Program-made: the position numbers and the translations under genes
From: an uncultured Gemmatimonadales bacterium
GTDB taxonomy: Bacteria; Gemmatimonadota; Gemmatimonadetes; Longimicrobiales; RSA9
Length of the DNA stretch: 64,000 nt
Reading direction: 5' to 3'
NCBI GenBank assembly: GCA_963708135.1
Contig: OY970192.1
Span: 5,056,001-5,120,000, forward strand
Part shown: positions 1-9,245 of the stretch, piece by piece
How the letters are laid out: every line of letters starts with the position of its first letter
Numbering within the stretch: the stretch's first letter is position 1
Notes under the pieces: generated by a model
Databases searched by the model: none
What the model was told of the DNA's origin: nothing
What the model saw: the letters and a program-made list of their open reading frames with translations, nothing else

Positions 1-345
1 ATCGGCGGCGGGCCCGAGAACACCACGAGCCTGCTCGAGCTGCTGGACCGCATCGAGGCCCTCGCCGGCGGCCGGCCCGACGTGCGCTTCGCCGACTGGA
101 GGCCCGGCGACCAGCGCTACTACGTCTCCGACACGCGCCGCTTCCGGGCGGCGACGGGCTGGGCGCCGAAGGTCTCGGTCGATGAGGGCGTGCGCCGGCT
201 CCACGGCTGGCTGGAGACGTTCCGGGCCGCCGAGGGCCGCGACGCGCTGCGCCTGCGCCCGATCCCGCTGGGCCGGCGCGGCCGGCCGGCGGGCGGCCGT
301 CGCCTCGTGGAATCGGCCGGCGCCGCGGCGCTGCCGCGGGCGTGA
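1..345 (+). CDS. NAD-dependent epimerase/dehydratase, C-terminal part (5' truncated by window edge)
   Basis: Frame 1 is open from base 1: IGGGPENTTSLLELL...FADWRPGDQRYYVSD, typical of the extended-SDR sugar epimerase C-terminus. Confidence 0.8.
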   Translation: MGGGPENTTSLLELLDRIEALAGGRPDVRFADWRPGDQRYYVSDTRRFRAATGWAPKVSVDEGVRRLHGWLETFRAAEGRDALRLRPIPLGRRGRPAGGRRLVESAGAAALPRA

Positions 346-355
346 GGGGGCGGCG

Positions 356-1357
356 ATGAGCGTCGCAAGAGCGGAGGCGGCGCGCCAGGCGGGCGCCGTC
401 ATGCGGAGCAGCGTGCTCGCGGGGCCGCGCGCCGTCGAGACGAGGGATCTGCCGGTCCCCGAGCCGGGCCCCGGACAGGTGCGGATCCGGCTCGAGGGCT
501 GCGGCGTGTGCGCCTCCAACCTGCCGGTCTGGGAGGGCCGGCCGTGGTTCGAGTACCCGTTGGACCCGGGCGCCCCGGGACACGAGGGGTGGGGGGTGGT
601 GGATGCGGTGGGGGATGGGGTTGCCGGGCTCCGCCCGGGCCAGCGGGTGGCCGCGCTGAGCTATCACGCGTTCGCGGAATGCGACGTCGCCGACGCGGCC
701 GCCGTCGTGCCGCTGCCGCCGGAGCTGGACGGCGCGCCCTTCCCGGGCGAGCCGCTCGGCTGCGCCATGAACATCCTGCGCCGGAGCGAGATCGCGGCCG
801 GGCAGACGGTGGCGATCGTCGGCATCGGCTTCCTCGGGGCGCTGCTCACGCAGCTCGCGAGCGCGGCCGGCGCGCGCGTGATCGCCATCTCGCGGCGCCC
901 CTTCGCCCTGGAGGTGGCCGCGGCCTGCGGCGCCGCCGAGACGCTGGCGCTGGCCACCGAGCACGGCATGGTGGTCGAGTGGGTGAAGGAGCTCACGGAC
1001 GGCGCGCTGTGTGACCGCGTCATCGAGGCCGTGGGGCTCCAGGGCCCGCTCGACCTGGCCGGCGAGCTGACGCGCGAGCGGGGGCGCCTCGTCATCGCGG
1101 GGTTCCATCAGGACGGCCCGCGGCAGGTGAACCTGCAGCTCTGGAACTGGCGCGGGCTGGACGTGGTGAACGCGCACGAGCGGCGGCGCGAGGTCTACAT
1201 CGACGGCATCCGCGCCGCGGTCGAGGCCGTGCTCTCCGGCCACCTGGACCCCCGTCCGCTGCTCACCCACACCTTCCCCGCCGCGGAGCTGGGCCGCGCC
1301 CTCGCCACCGCCGCCGAGCGGCCGGACGGATTCCTCAAGGCGCTGGTGGCGGCGTGA
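356..1357 (+). CDS. Zinc-binding alcohol dehydrogenase (MDR family)
   Basis: GVCASN, GHEGWG and VGIGFLG Rossmann motifs; ATG 356 after GAGGGGG. Confidence 0.88.
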   Translation: MSVARAEAARQAGAVMRSSVLAGPRAVETRDLPVPEPGPGQVRIRLEGCGVCASNLPVWEGRPWFEYPLDPGAPGHEGWGVVDAVGDGVAGLRPGQRVAALSYHAFAECDVADAAAVVPLPPELDGAPFPGEPLGCAMNILRRSEIAAGQTVAIVGIGFLGALLTQLASAAGARVIAISRRPFALEVAAACGAAETLALATEHGMVVEWVKELTDGALCDRVIEAVGLQGPLDLAGELTRERGRLVIAGFHQDGPRQVNLQLWNWRGLDVVNAHERRREVYIDGIRAAVEAVLSGHLDPRPLLTHTFPAAELGRALATAAERPDGFLKALVAA

Positions 1358-2379
1358 TGGAGGCCCTGACCGGGAGGTCGATGATCGCCAGGAGGCACGG
1401 CCCGCGCCTGGGCTTCCTCGGCGTCGGCTGGATCGGTCGGCACCGCATGGGCGCCATCGCGGAAAGCGGCCACGGCCGCGTGGCCGCCGTCGCCGACCCG
1501 GCGCCCGAGGTGCGCCAGGCGTGCGCGCAGGTGGCGCCGGAGGCCGAGCGGGTCGGCTCGCTGGACGAGCTGCTCGAGTGCGGCGTGGACGGCATCGTCA
1601 TCGCCACGCCGAGCGCGCTGCACGCGGAGCAGGCGGTGCGGGCGCTCGAGCGCGGCATCCCCGTCTTCTGCCAGAAGCCGCTCGGCCGCACGGCCGCGGA
1701 GACGGAGCGGGTGGTGGCCGCGGCGCGCGCGGCGGACGTGCTGCTGGGCGTGGACCTGTCCTACCGCCACACGGAGGCGATGCGGCGGATCGGCGAGCGC
1801 GTCCGCTCGGGGGAGCTGGGCGAGGTGTTCGCCGCCGACCTCGTGTTCCACAACGCCTACGGCCCCGACAAGCCCTGGTTCTACGACGCCGCGCTCTCCG
1901 GCGGCGGCTGCGTGATCGACCTCGGCATCCACCTCGTGGACCTCGCCCTCTGGGTGCTCGGGTCCGGCGGCGTGCGGGTCATCTCGAGCCGGCTCTACGC
2001 CTCGGGGCGGCCGCTGCCGAAGCCGGTCGCGCAGGTCGAGGACTACGCCGTCGCCACGCTCGAGATGGAGAGCGGCGCCGTGGTGCGGCTCGCCTGCTCG
2101 TGGAACCTCTCCGCGGGCCGCGACGCAGTGATCGAGGCGGCCTTCTGGGGTACCGGCGGCGGCGCCGTGATGCGCAACCTGAACGGCTCCTTCTACGACT
2201 TCGCCGCCGAGGCGTGCCACGGCACCGCGCGCGAGACGCTGGCCGCTCCGCCGGACGCCTGGGGCGGCCGCGCCGCCGTGGACTGGGCGCAGCGCCTCGC
2301 CGACGGCGCGTGCTTCGACCCCTCCATCGAGCGCGTGGTGGATGTGGCGCGCGTGCTGGACGGGATCTACGGCCGATGA
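1354..2379 (+). CDS. Gfo/Idh/MocA family oxidoreductase
   Basis: GFLGVGWIG, IATPSALH, FCQKP and DLGIHLVD motifs; overlaps upstream stop. Confidence 0.9.
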   Translation: MMEALTGRSMIARRHGPRLGFLGVGWIGRHRMGAIAESGHGRVAAVADPAPEVRQACAQVAPEAERVGSLDELLECGVDGIVIATPSALHAEQAVRALERGIPVFCQKPLGRTAAETERVVAAARAADVLLGVDLSYRHTEAMRRIGERVRSGELGEVFAADLVFHNAYGPDKPWFYDAALSGGGCVIDLGIHLVDLALWVLGSGGVRVISSRLYASGRPLPKPVAQVEDYAVATLEMESGAVVRLACSWNLSAGRDAVIEAAFWGTGGGAVMRNLNGSFYDFAAEACHGTARETLAAPPDAWGGRAAVDWAQRLADGACFDPSIERVVDVARVLDGIYGR

Positions 2380-3731
2380 GGGTGCTCGCGACGGTGGACA
2401 CGGTGGGTGGCGTCTGGAGCTACGCCCTCGAGCTGGCGCGGGCGCTCGCGCCGGAGGGCGTCGCCTTCCACCTGGCCGCCATGGGCGCCCCGGCCTCGGA
2501 GGCGCAACGCGCCGAGGCGGCCGCCGCCGGCAACGTCACCCTGCACGAGAGCGCCTACCGGCTGGAGTGGATGCCGGACCCCTGGGACGATGTGAAGGAG
2601 GCGGGAGGATGGCTGCTCGAGCTGGAGGCAACGCTGGCGCCGGACCTCGTCCACCTGAACGGCTACGCGCACGGGGCGCTGCCCTGGGCTTCACCCCTGC
2701 TGGTCGTCGGGCATTCAGACGTGCTCTCCTGGTGGCGGGCCGTCCACCGCGAGCCGCCGCCGCCGGAGTGGACCCGCTACCGGGATGCGGTCCGGCGCGG
2801 GCTCCACTCGGCCGACCTGGTGGTGGCGCCGTCGGCCGCGATGCTGGACGCGCTGCGCCGCCACTACGGCCCGCTGCCGCCCTCCCGCGTGATCTACAAC
2901 GGCCGCTCCCCGGCGCAGGCGACGCCGGCTGAGAAGCGCCCCGTCGTCCTCGCCGCCGGCCGCCTCTGGGACGAGGCCAAGAACCTCGCCGCCCTCGCCG
3001 CCATCGCGCCCGAGCTGCCCTGGCCCGTGCTCGTGGCCGGAGACGAGGCTCCGCCCGACCGCCGGGCTGCAGAGTGGGAGAGTGGGAGAGTGGCAGACCG
3101 GGCGACGATTGCGGGGGCCGATGGTGCCGGGCCTGGCCGGCCGCGCGGCGGCCGCGCGGCCGGAGATGCCGCCGCGCCGGAATCGCACGCCGGCCGGGTC
3201 CCCTGCGCGGCGCCGGGATCGTCTTCGGGCCCGGCAACCCGGACGGGCGAGCAGCGGCCGGCCCCGTCTTCCACTCCCCCACTCCCCCACTCTCCCATCC
3301 AGCACCTGGGCCGCCTGCCCCAGGATGCTCTCGCCAGCGAGATGCAGACTGCCTCGACCTTCGCCGCTCCCGCGCTCTACGAGCCCTTCGGGCTGGCGGC
3401 GCTCGAGGCCGGCCTGGCGGGCTGCGCGCTCGTGCTCGGCGACATCCCGAGCTACCGCGAGATCTGGGGCGATGCGGCGCTGCGCGTCGATCCCCGCCGC
3501 CCGGACGCGCTGCGCGACGCGCTGCTGCGCCTGATCGAGGACGAGGCGCTCCGCCGCGAGATGGGCGAGCGCGCGCGCCGGCGCGCGCTCGGCTTCTCGC
3601 GGGACCGCCTCGGCCGGGGTTACGCCGCGGCCTACGCCCGCCTCCTGTCCCTGCCCGGGCGGGGCCGGCGGCGGGCGTCCTGGACGGGCGCGCCGCCGCC
3701 GCCCGCGGATGAGAGCGGGGTGGCCGTATGA
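2376..3731 (+). CDS. Glycosyltransferase family 4, with an in-frame repeat-derived insertion at about 3070-3297
   Basis: ATGA overlap at 2376; DTVGGVWSY, AAGRLWDEAKN and YEPFGLAALEAG motifs. Confidence 0.88.
   Translation: MRVLATVDTVGGVWSYALELARALAPEGVAFHLAAMGAPASEAQRAEAAAAGNVTLHESAYRLEWMPDPWDDVKEAGGWLLELEATLAPDLVHLNGYAHGALPWASPLLVVGHSDVLSWWRAVHREPPPPEWTRYRDAVRRGLHSADLVVAPSAAMLDALRRHYGPLPPSRVIYNGRSPAQATPAEKRPVVLAAGRLWDEAKNLAALAAIAPELPWPVLVAGDEAPPDRRAAEWESGRVADRATIAGADGAGPGRPRGGRAAGDAAAPESHAGRVPCAAPGSSSGPATRTGEQRPAPSSTPPLPHSPIQHLGRLPQDALASEMQTASTFAAPALYEPFGLAALEAGLAGCALVLGDIPSYREIWGDAALRVDPRRPDALRDALLRLIEDEALRREMGERARRRALGFSRDRLGRGYAAAYARLLSLPGRGRRRASWTGAPPPPADESGVAV
3070..3297. repeat. Dispersed element with (GAGTGGGR)n / (CCCACTC)n inverted ends, inside the GT4 ORF
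   Basis: gagtgggagagtgggagagtgg at about 3072 and ccactcccccactcccccactctccc at about 3271; internal GACCGGGCGACGATTGCGGGG is the reverse complement of the end of the 20.2 kb and 27.0 kb elements. Confidence 0.7.
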
Positions 3732-4861
3732 AGGTCGCGCTCTTCTATCACTCGCTCGTCTCCGACTGGAACCACGGCAACGCCCACTTCCTGCGCGGCG
3801 TGGTGGGAGAGCTGCAGGCGCGCGGCTGCGAGGTCGCCGTGCACGAGCCGGTCGACGGCTGGAGCCGCGCGAACCTCGTGGCCGAGCACGGCACCGGGCC
3901 GATCCGCGCGTTCCACGCGGCCTTCCCGGGCCAGCGCAGCACCCCCTACGAGCTGGAGACGCTGGACCTCGACGCCGCGCTGGACGGCGCCGACCTCGTC
4001 CTCGTGCACGAGTGGAACGAGCCCGAGCTCGTGGCGCGCGTGGGTGCGCATCGCGCCGTGAACGGCGGCTACACGCTCCTCTTCCACGACACGCACCACC
4101 GCGCCGTCACCGCGCCGGAGGAGATGAAGCGCTACGACCTCCGCCACTACGACGGCGTGCTGGCCTTCGGCCGCGTGATCCGCGATCTGTACCTGCGTCG
4201 CGGCTGGGCCGAGCGCGCGTGGGTGTGGCACGAGGCGGCGGACACGCGCGTGTTCCGGCCGGCCGAGGAGACGGCGACGGAGCACGGCGGCGCGCAGGGC
4301 GATGTCGTCTGGATCGGCAACTGGGGAGATGGCGAGCGCTCGCGCGAGCTGCGCACCTTCCTGATCGATCCGATCCACGAGCTCGGGCTGCGCGCCCACG
4401 TGCACGGCGTGCGCTACCCGGCGCGCGCCCTCAAGCTGCTGCGGGCCGCGGGCATCGAGTACGGCGGCTGGGTGCCGAACCACCGTGTGCCGCAGGTCTT
4501 CGCCGGCTTCCGCGCCACCGTGCACGTGCCGCGGCGGCCGTACGTCCGCGCGCTGCCGGGCATCCCGACGATCCGCGTCTTCGAGGCGCTGGCGTGCGGG
4601 ATCCCGCTCGTGTCGGCGCCCTGGCGCGACTGCGAGGGGCTCTTCGTCCCCGGCCGCGACTTCCTCGTGGCCCGCGACGGCGAGGAGATGCGTCGGCAGC
4701 TGCGCGCGGTGATCGAGAACCAGGGCCTCGCCCGCCACCTCGCCGCGCAGGGGCTGGCCACCATCCGCGCCGGCCACACCTGCGGCCACCGCGTGGACGA
4801 GCTGCTCCGCATCCACGCCTCGCTCCGACCCACGCCCCCCCGACCCGCGGTGCATGCATGA
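3728..4861 (+). CDS. CgeB/YkvP-like glycosyltransferase
   Basis: HSLVSDWNHGNAHFLRG N-terminus; IPTIRVFEALACG and HTCGHRV C-terminal GT-B motifs. Confidence 0.85.
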   Translation: MKVALFYHSLVSDWNHGNAHFLRGVVGELQARGCEVAVHEPVDGWSRANLVAEHGTGPIRAFHAAFPGQRSTPYELETLDLDAALDGADLVLVHEWNEPELVARVGAHRAVNGGYTLLFHDTHHRAVTAPEEMKRYDLRHYDGVLAFGRVIRDLYLRRGWAERAWVWHEAADTRVFRPAEETATEHGGAQGDVVWIGNWGDGERSRELRTFLIDPIHELGLRAHVHGVRYPARALKLLRAAGIEYGGWVPNHRVPQVFAGFRATVHVPRRPYVRALPGIPTIRVFEALACGIPLVSAPWRDCEGLFVPGRDFLVARDGEEMRRQLRAVIENQGLARHLAAQGLATIRAGHTCGHRVDELLRIHASLRPTPPRPAVHA

Positions 4862-5967
4862 GATCCGGACTGGACATCGCCTTCTTCGGCTCGAGCCTCG
4901 TCTCCGCCTACTGGAACGGCGCGGCGACGTACTACCGCGGCATCATCCGCGCGCTCGCCGCCCGCCGCCACCGCGTCACGTTCTACGAGCCCGACGCCTA
5001 CGACCGGCAGAAGCACAGGGACATCCCCGATCCCGACTGGGCCACGGTCGTCGTCTATCCCGGGGTGGGCGAGGACGGCGTGCTGCGCGCGCTGGAGCGC
5101 GCCCGCGGCGCCGACCTCGTGGTCAAGGCCAGCGGCGTCGGCGTCTTCGACGAGCTGCTCGAGCGCGAGGTGCTCTCGCTCCAGTCGTCGCATACGCGCG
5201 TGGCCTTCTGGGACGTGGACGCGCCCGCCACCCTCGACCGCTGCGGCGCGGACCCGGCGGATCCGTTCAACGCCCTCGTCCCGCGCTACGACCTCGTGCT
5301 CACCTACGGCGGCGGCGTGCCGGTGGTGCGCGCGTACGAGGCGCTGGGCGCGCGCTCGTGCGTGCCGATCTACAACGCGCTCGATCCCGACACGCACCGC
5401 CCCGTGCCGCCCGATCCGGCCTTCGAGGCGGACCTCGGGCTGCTGGCCAACCGCCTCCCCGACCGCGAGGCGAGGATCGAGGAGTTCTTCCTGCGGCCCG
5501 CCGCCGCCGCGCCGGAGCGCCGCTTCCTGCTCGGCGGCAACGGCTGGCGGGAGCGGCCGCTGCCCGACAACGTGCGCGCCCTCGGCCACGTCTACACGCG
5601 CGACCACAACGCCTTCAACTGCACGCCGCGCGCGGTGCTGAACGTCAACCGCGAGAGCATGGCGCGCTACGGCTTCTCGCCGCCCACGCGCGTCTTCGAG
5701 GCCGCCGGCGCCGGCGCCTGCCTGATCACCGACGCGTGGGAGGGGATCGAGCTCTTCCTCGAGCCCGGCCGCGAGGTGCTCGTGGCCGAGGATGGCGACG
5801 CCGTGCTCGCCCACCTCGGCGCTCTCGACGCCGCCCGCGCCCGGCGGATCGGCACCGCCGCGCTCCGCCGCATCCGCTCCGAGCACACCTACGCCCACCG
5901 CGCCGCGCAGCTCGAGGCGCTGCTCGATGCCCCCCGCACCCCCACCCCGGAGCTGGCCACGCCGTGA
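4858..5967 (+). CDS. CgeB/YkvP-like glycosyltransferase
   Basis: ATG 4858 overlaps upstream stop; SAYWNGAATYYRG, SPPTRVFEAAGAG, HTYAHRA. Confidence 0.85.
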   Translation: MRSGLDIAFFGSSLVSAYWNGAATYYRGIIRALAARRHRVTFYEPDAYDRQKHRDIPDPDWATVVVYPGVGEDGVLRALERARGADLVVKASGVGVFDELLEREVLSLQSSHTRVAFWDVDAPATLDRCGADPADPFNALVPRYDLVLTYGGGVPVVRAYEALGARSCVPIYNALDPDTHRPVPPDPAFEADLGLLANRLPDREARIEEFFLRPAAAAPERRFLLGGNGWRERPLPDNVRALGHVYTRDHNAFNCTPRAVLNVNRESMARYGFSPPTRVFEAAGAGACLITDAWEGIELFLEPGREVLVAEDGDAVLAHLGALDAARARRIGTAALRRIRSEHTYAHRAAQLEALLDAPRTPTPELATP

Positions 5968-7109
5968 GAGAGACCGACGCGATCCTCGACCAGGGCGCCG
6001 CGCATGCCGATGGGCGCCCGCTGGACATCGTCTTCCTCGGCCTGTCGATCACTTCGTCCTGGGGCAACGGCCACGCGACGACCTACCGCGGCCTCATCCG
6101 CGCGCTCGCCGCGCGCGGGCACCGCGTGCTCTTCCTCGAGCGCGACGTGGACTGGTACGCCGGCAACCGCGACATGCCGCGCCCGCCCTTCTGCCGGACC
6201 GAGCTCTACGCCTCGCTCGACGAGCTGCGCGCCCGCTGGACCGGCGCGGTCCGGGAGGCGGACCTGGTCGTCGTCGGCTCCTACGTGCCCGAGGGGATCC
6301 GCGTCGGCGAATGGGTACAGCGCAACGCGCGCGGCGTGACCGCCTTCTACGACATCGACACACCGGTCACGCTCGCCCGCCTCGAGGCCGGGAGCTGCGA
6401 GTACCTGACGCCCGCGCTCGTCGCCGGCTATCAGCTGTACCTCTCCTTCACCGGCGGCCCGACCCTCGAGCGCATCGAGCGCGACTTCGGCTCCCCCGCC
6501 GCCCGCGCGCTCTACTGCGCCGTGGATCCCACGCTCTACTTCCCCGAGGACACGCGCATGCGCTGGGACCTCGGCTACATGGGCACCTACAGCGCGGACC
6601 GGCAGCCGAAGCTCGAGGCCCTGCTGCTCGGCCCCGCGCGGCTGTGGGCCGGCGGCCGGTTCGCCGTCGTCGGGCCGCAGTACCCCGACGGCTTCGAGTG
6701 GCCCCGCAACGTCGAGCGTCGCACTCATCTCGAGCCGAAGCTGCACCGCGGCTTCTACAACGCGCAGCGCTTCACGCTGAACGTCACGCGCGCCGACATG
6801 GTCGCCGCCGGCTTCTCGCCGAGCGTGCGGCTGTTCGAGGCCGCGGCCTGCGGCACCCCGATCGTGAGCGACCGCTGGGACGGCATCGAGGCGATCTTCC
6901 GCCCGGGCGAGGAGATCCTGCTCGCCCGCGACGAGCACGACGTGCTCGCCTTCCTGCTCGACATGACCGATGCCGAGCGGCGCTCCGTGGCCGCGGGCGC
7001 CCGCGCCCGCGTGCTCGCCGCGCACACCGCGGCGCACCGCGCCGCCGCGCTCGAGCGGTACGCCCTCGGCCGCGCCGCGTCGGAGCTCTCGCTGGAGCGC
7101 GCCTCGTGA
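5964..7109 (+). CDS. CgeB/YkvP-like glycosyltransferase
   Basis: GTGA overlap; SSWGNGHATTYRG, SPSVRLFEAAACG, HTAAHRA; paralogous to the two upstream genes. Confidence 0.85.
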   Translation: MRETDAILDQGAAHADGRPLDIVFLGLSITSSWGNGHATTYRGLIRALAARGHRVLFLERDVDWYAGNRDMPRPPFCRTELYASLDELRARWTGAVREADLVVVGSYVPEGIRVGEWVQRNARGVTAFYDIDTPVTLARLEAGSCEYLTPALVAGYQLYLSFTGGPTLERIERDFGSPAARALYCAVDPTLYFPEDTRMRWDLGYMGTYSADRQPKLEALLLGPARLWAGGRFAVVGPQYPDGFEWPRNVERRTHLEPKLHRGFYNAQRFTLNVTRADMVAAGFSPSVRLFEAAACGTPIVSDRWDGIEAIFRPGEEILLARDEHDVLAFLLDMTDAERRSVAAGARARVLAAHTAAHRAAALERYALGRAASELSLERAS

Positions 7110-8029
7110 GCACGCGGCACGCTCCGGCGCGCGGGATGGAGTGGCGCCGCACGGAGCCGACGGGCGGAGGCCAGCCCGCGGATGGAGGCGAGCCGGACCG
7201 TGGCGGCCCGGACGGTGGCGCCGGTCCGGCGCGTGGCGCCGGCGCGCGCTCCGGGCGCGCGGCCGACCGGCGCGCGGAGATCGAGCGCCTGGGCCCCTGG
7301 TTCCACAACCTGCACCTGCCGGACGGGGTCCAGACCCGGCCCGACCACCCGCTCGGCGACTTCCCCCGCTTCAAGTGGCAGCAGCTCGCGCCGCACCTGC
7401 CGGCAAGGCTCGATGGCTGGACGGTGCTCGACATCGGCTGCAACGCCGGCTTCTACACGTTCGAGCTCGCGCGCCGCGGGGGCCGCGTGACCGGCATCGA
7501 CGCCGACGCCCGCTACCTGCGCCAGGCGGAGTGGGCCGCGCGCGAGTTCGGCCTCGAGAGCCGCGTGGAGTTCCGCGAGATGCAGATCTACGACCTGGCC
7601 CGGACCGACGAGCGCTGGGACCTCGTGCTCTTCATGGGCGTGCTCTACCACCTGCGCTACCCGCTGCTCGGCCTCGACATCGTCTCCCGGCGGGTCGGCC
7701 GGATGATGGTCTTCCAGACGCTGACCATGGGAGGCGAGGACGTCTACGCCGACCAGGGCGACCGCGACATCACCGAGCGCAGCCGGTTCCTCGCGCCCGG
7801 CTGGCCGAAGATGGCCTTCATCGAGGACCGCTTCGCCGGCGACCCCACCAACTGGTGGGTGCCCAACCACGCCGCCATCGTCGGCATGCTTCGCACCGCC
7901 GGAATGCGCGTGGCCTCGAGGCCCGGCCACGAGATCTACCTCTGCGAGCCGGACCGCTCCGCCTCCACGTTCGTCAACACGCCGGACGCCGAGGAGTACC
8001 TCTCCGCGACCGGGCAGGAGGCACCATGA
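7106..8029 (+). CDS. SAM-dependent methyltransferase (TIGR04290-like); start could be ATG 7136
   Basis: LGPWFHNLHLP, VLDIGCNAGF motif I, FMGVLYHLRYP, DPTNWW. Confidence 0.85.
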   Translation: MSTRHAPARGMEWRRTEPTGGGQPADGGEPDRGGPDGGAGPARGAGARSGRAADRRAEIERLGPWFHNLHLPDGVQTRPDHPLGDFPRFKWQQLAPHLPARLDGWTVLDIGCNAGFYTFELARRGGRVTGIDADARYLRQAEWAAREFGLESRVEFREMQIYDLARTDERWDLVLFMGVLYHLRYPLLGLDIVSRRVGRMMVFQTLTMGGEDVYADQGDRDITERSRFLAPGWPKMAFIEDRFAGDPTNWWVPNHAAIVGMLRTAGMRVASRPGHEIYLCEPDRSASTFVNTPDAEEYLSATGQEAP

Positions 8030-8931
8030 TCGAAGCCGTGAAGTTCTGGAACGAGCCCAACAACCTCTCCCACTGGGACTTCAACAGCGACCCGGAGTGG
8101 CGCGACTTCACCGCCATGACCCGCTTCGCCTCGGAGACCGTGCGCGCGCTGCGGCCCGAGCTGACCCAGGTGCTCGGCGGCATCTCGCCGATCGATCCGG
8201 TCTTCATGGGGCTGCTCCGCGGCTACGGCCTCCTCGAGCGCCTCGACGCCGTCGCCATCCACGGCTTCCCCCTCGACTGGAACCACTGGAAGATCGACGA
8301 GTGGCCCGACAAGGTGGCCGAGATCGAGACCGTCGCCCAACTCCCCGTCTGGATCACCGAGGTCGGCGTCTCCACCTTCGGCGCCGACGAGGTCCAGGTC
8401 TTCGGGCTCCGGCGCACCGCCCGGCTGCTCCTCGACCGCGTCGAGCGCGTCTACTGGTACTCCCTCCTCGACCTGCCCGCCGCCTGGGAGGCGACGACCC
8501 GACACAAGGAGTCCGAGGGCTCCTCCTACTACCGCCACTTCTACATGGGGCTGCTGCGCGAGGACGGCACCCCCAAGCCCGCCGCCGGCCACTTCGACAG
8601 CCGCATGGGCATCTGCCAGTGGTTCCACTACCAGGACCATCGCCTCGACATGGCCGTGAAATGGCTCCGCCGCCTCGGCGTGCGCCGCCTCCGGACCGGC
8701 ATCTCCTGGGCCGACTGGTACCGCGAGGGGTCGAGGGAGTGGTTCGACCGCCAGATGGAGGCGCTCGCCGAGTTCGACACCACCATCACCCTCTGCTTCA
8801 CGCCCCCCTCGCGCGGACGGTGGGAGCACTACACCGCGCCCCCCGTCGACCTCGAGGAGTTCGGCCGCTTCGCGGCGGAGGTGGTGGAGAGGTACGTGCC
8901 GGTGAAGGAGCCCGCGGAGCTGATGGGGTGA
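8026..8931 (+). CDS. Clan GH-A glycoside hydrolase (beta-xylosidase-like), apparently circularly permuted
   Basis: RBS GGAGG; WNEPNN acid/base motif at residues 8-13, VWITEVG nucleophile, MGLLREDGTPKPA. Confidence 0.75.
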   Translation: MIEAVKFWNEPNNLSHWDFNSDPEWRDFTAMTRFASETVRALRPELTQVLGGISPIDPVFMGLLRGYGLLERLDAVAIHGFPLDWNHWKIDEWPDKVAEIETVAQLPVWITEVGVSTFGADEVQVFGLRRTARLLLDRVERVYWYSLLDLPAAWEATTRHKESEGSSYYRHFYMGLLREDGTPKPAAGHFDSRMGICQWFHYQDHRLDMAVKWLRRLGVRRLRTGISWADWYREGSREWFDRQMEALAEFDTTITLCFTPPSRGRWEHYTAPPVDLEEFGRFAAEVVERYVPVKEPAELMG

Positions 8932-9173
8932 GGCGCTGTCTCACCGGCATGCCGCGAACGCGGACATGCTACCTTGCGTCACCGAATAGCCGACCACGAC
9001 AGTCCTCTCTCCGCGCCAGGCTCCGACCAGTAGCCCGGCGACAAGCCCCGCTCCTGCGCCGATCACCGCATCCGGGAGGGTTTGCGGAACCCGCGACACG
9101 TAACGCACGGCCGGACCCGAGTTGTTTCGACCTGCCCCTCATCGCGTTGCGCGCTCCTCTCTCGGGATGTTTG

Positions 9174-9203
9174 TTGACAGGCGCGGAGAGCCGGGACTAC
9201 CGT
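9174..9203 (+). promoter_or_regulatory. Putative sigma70-type promoter of the pyrimidine catabolism operon
   Basis: TTGACA (9174-9179), 18 bp spacer, TACCGT (9198-9203), about 40 bp upstream of ATG 9246. Confidence 0.35.
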
Positions 9204-9245
9204 TCGCTTCCGACACCTCCGCCACTCTCCCCCGCAGGGGAAACC

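Noticed and set aside
9194..9215. Second PafBC-like motif on the minus strand (TGTCGG-N10-TA-N3-C)
   Set aside because: Final T is missing and it points antisense into the end of the glycan operon; it shows that partial matches can arise by chance
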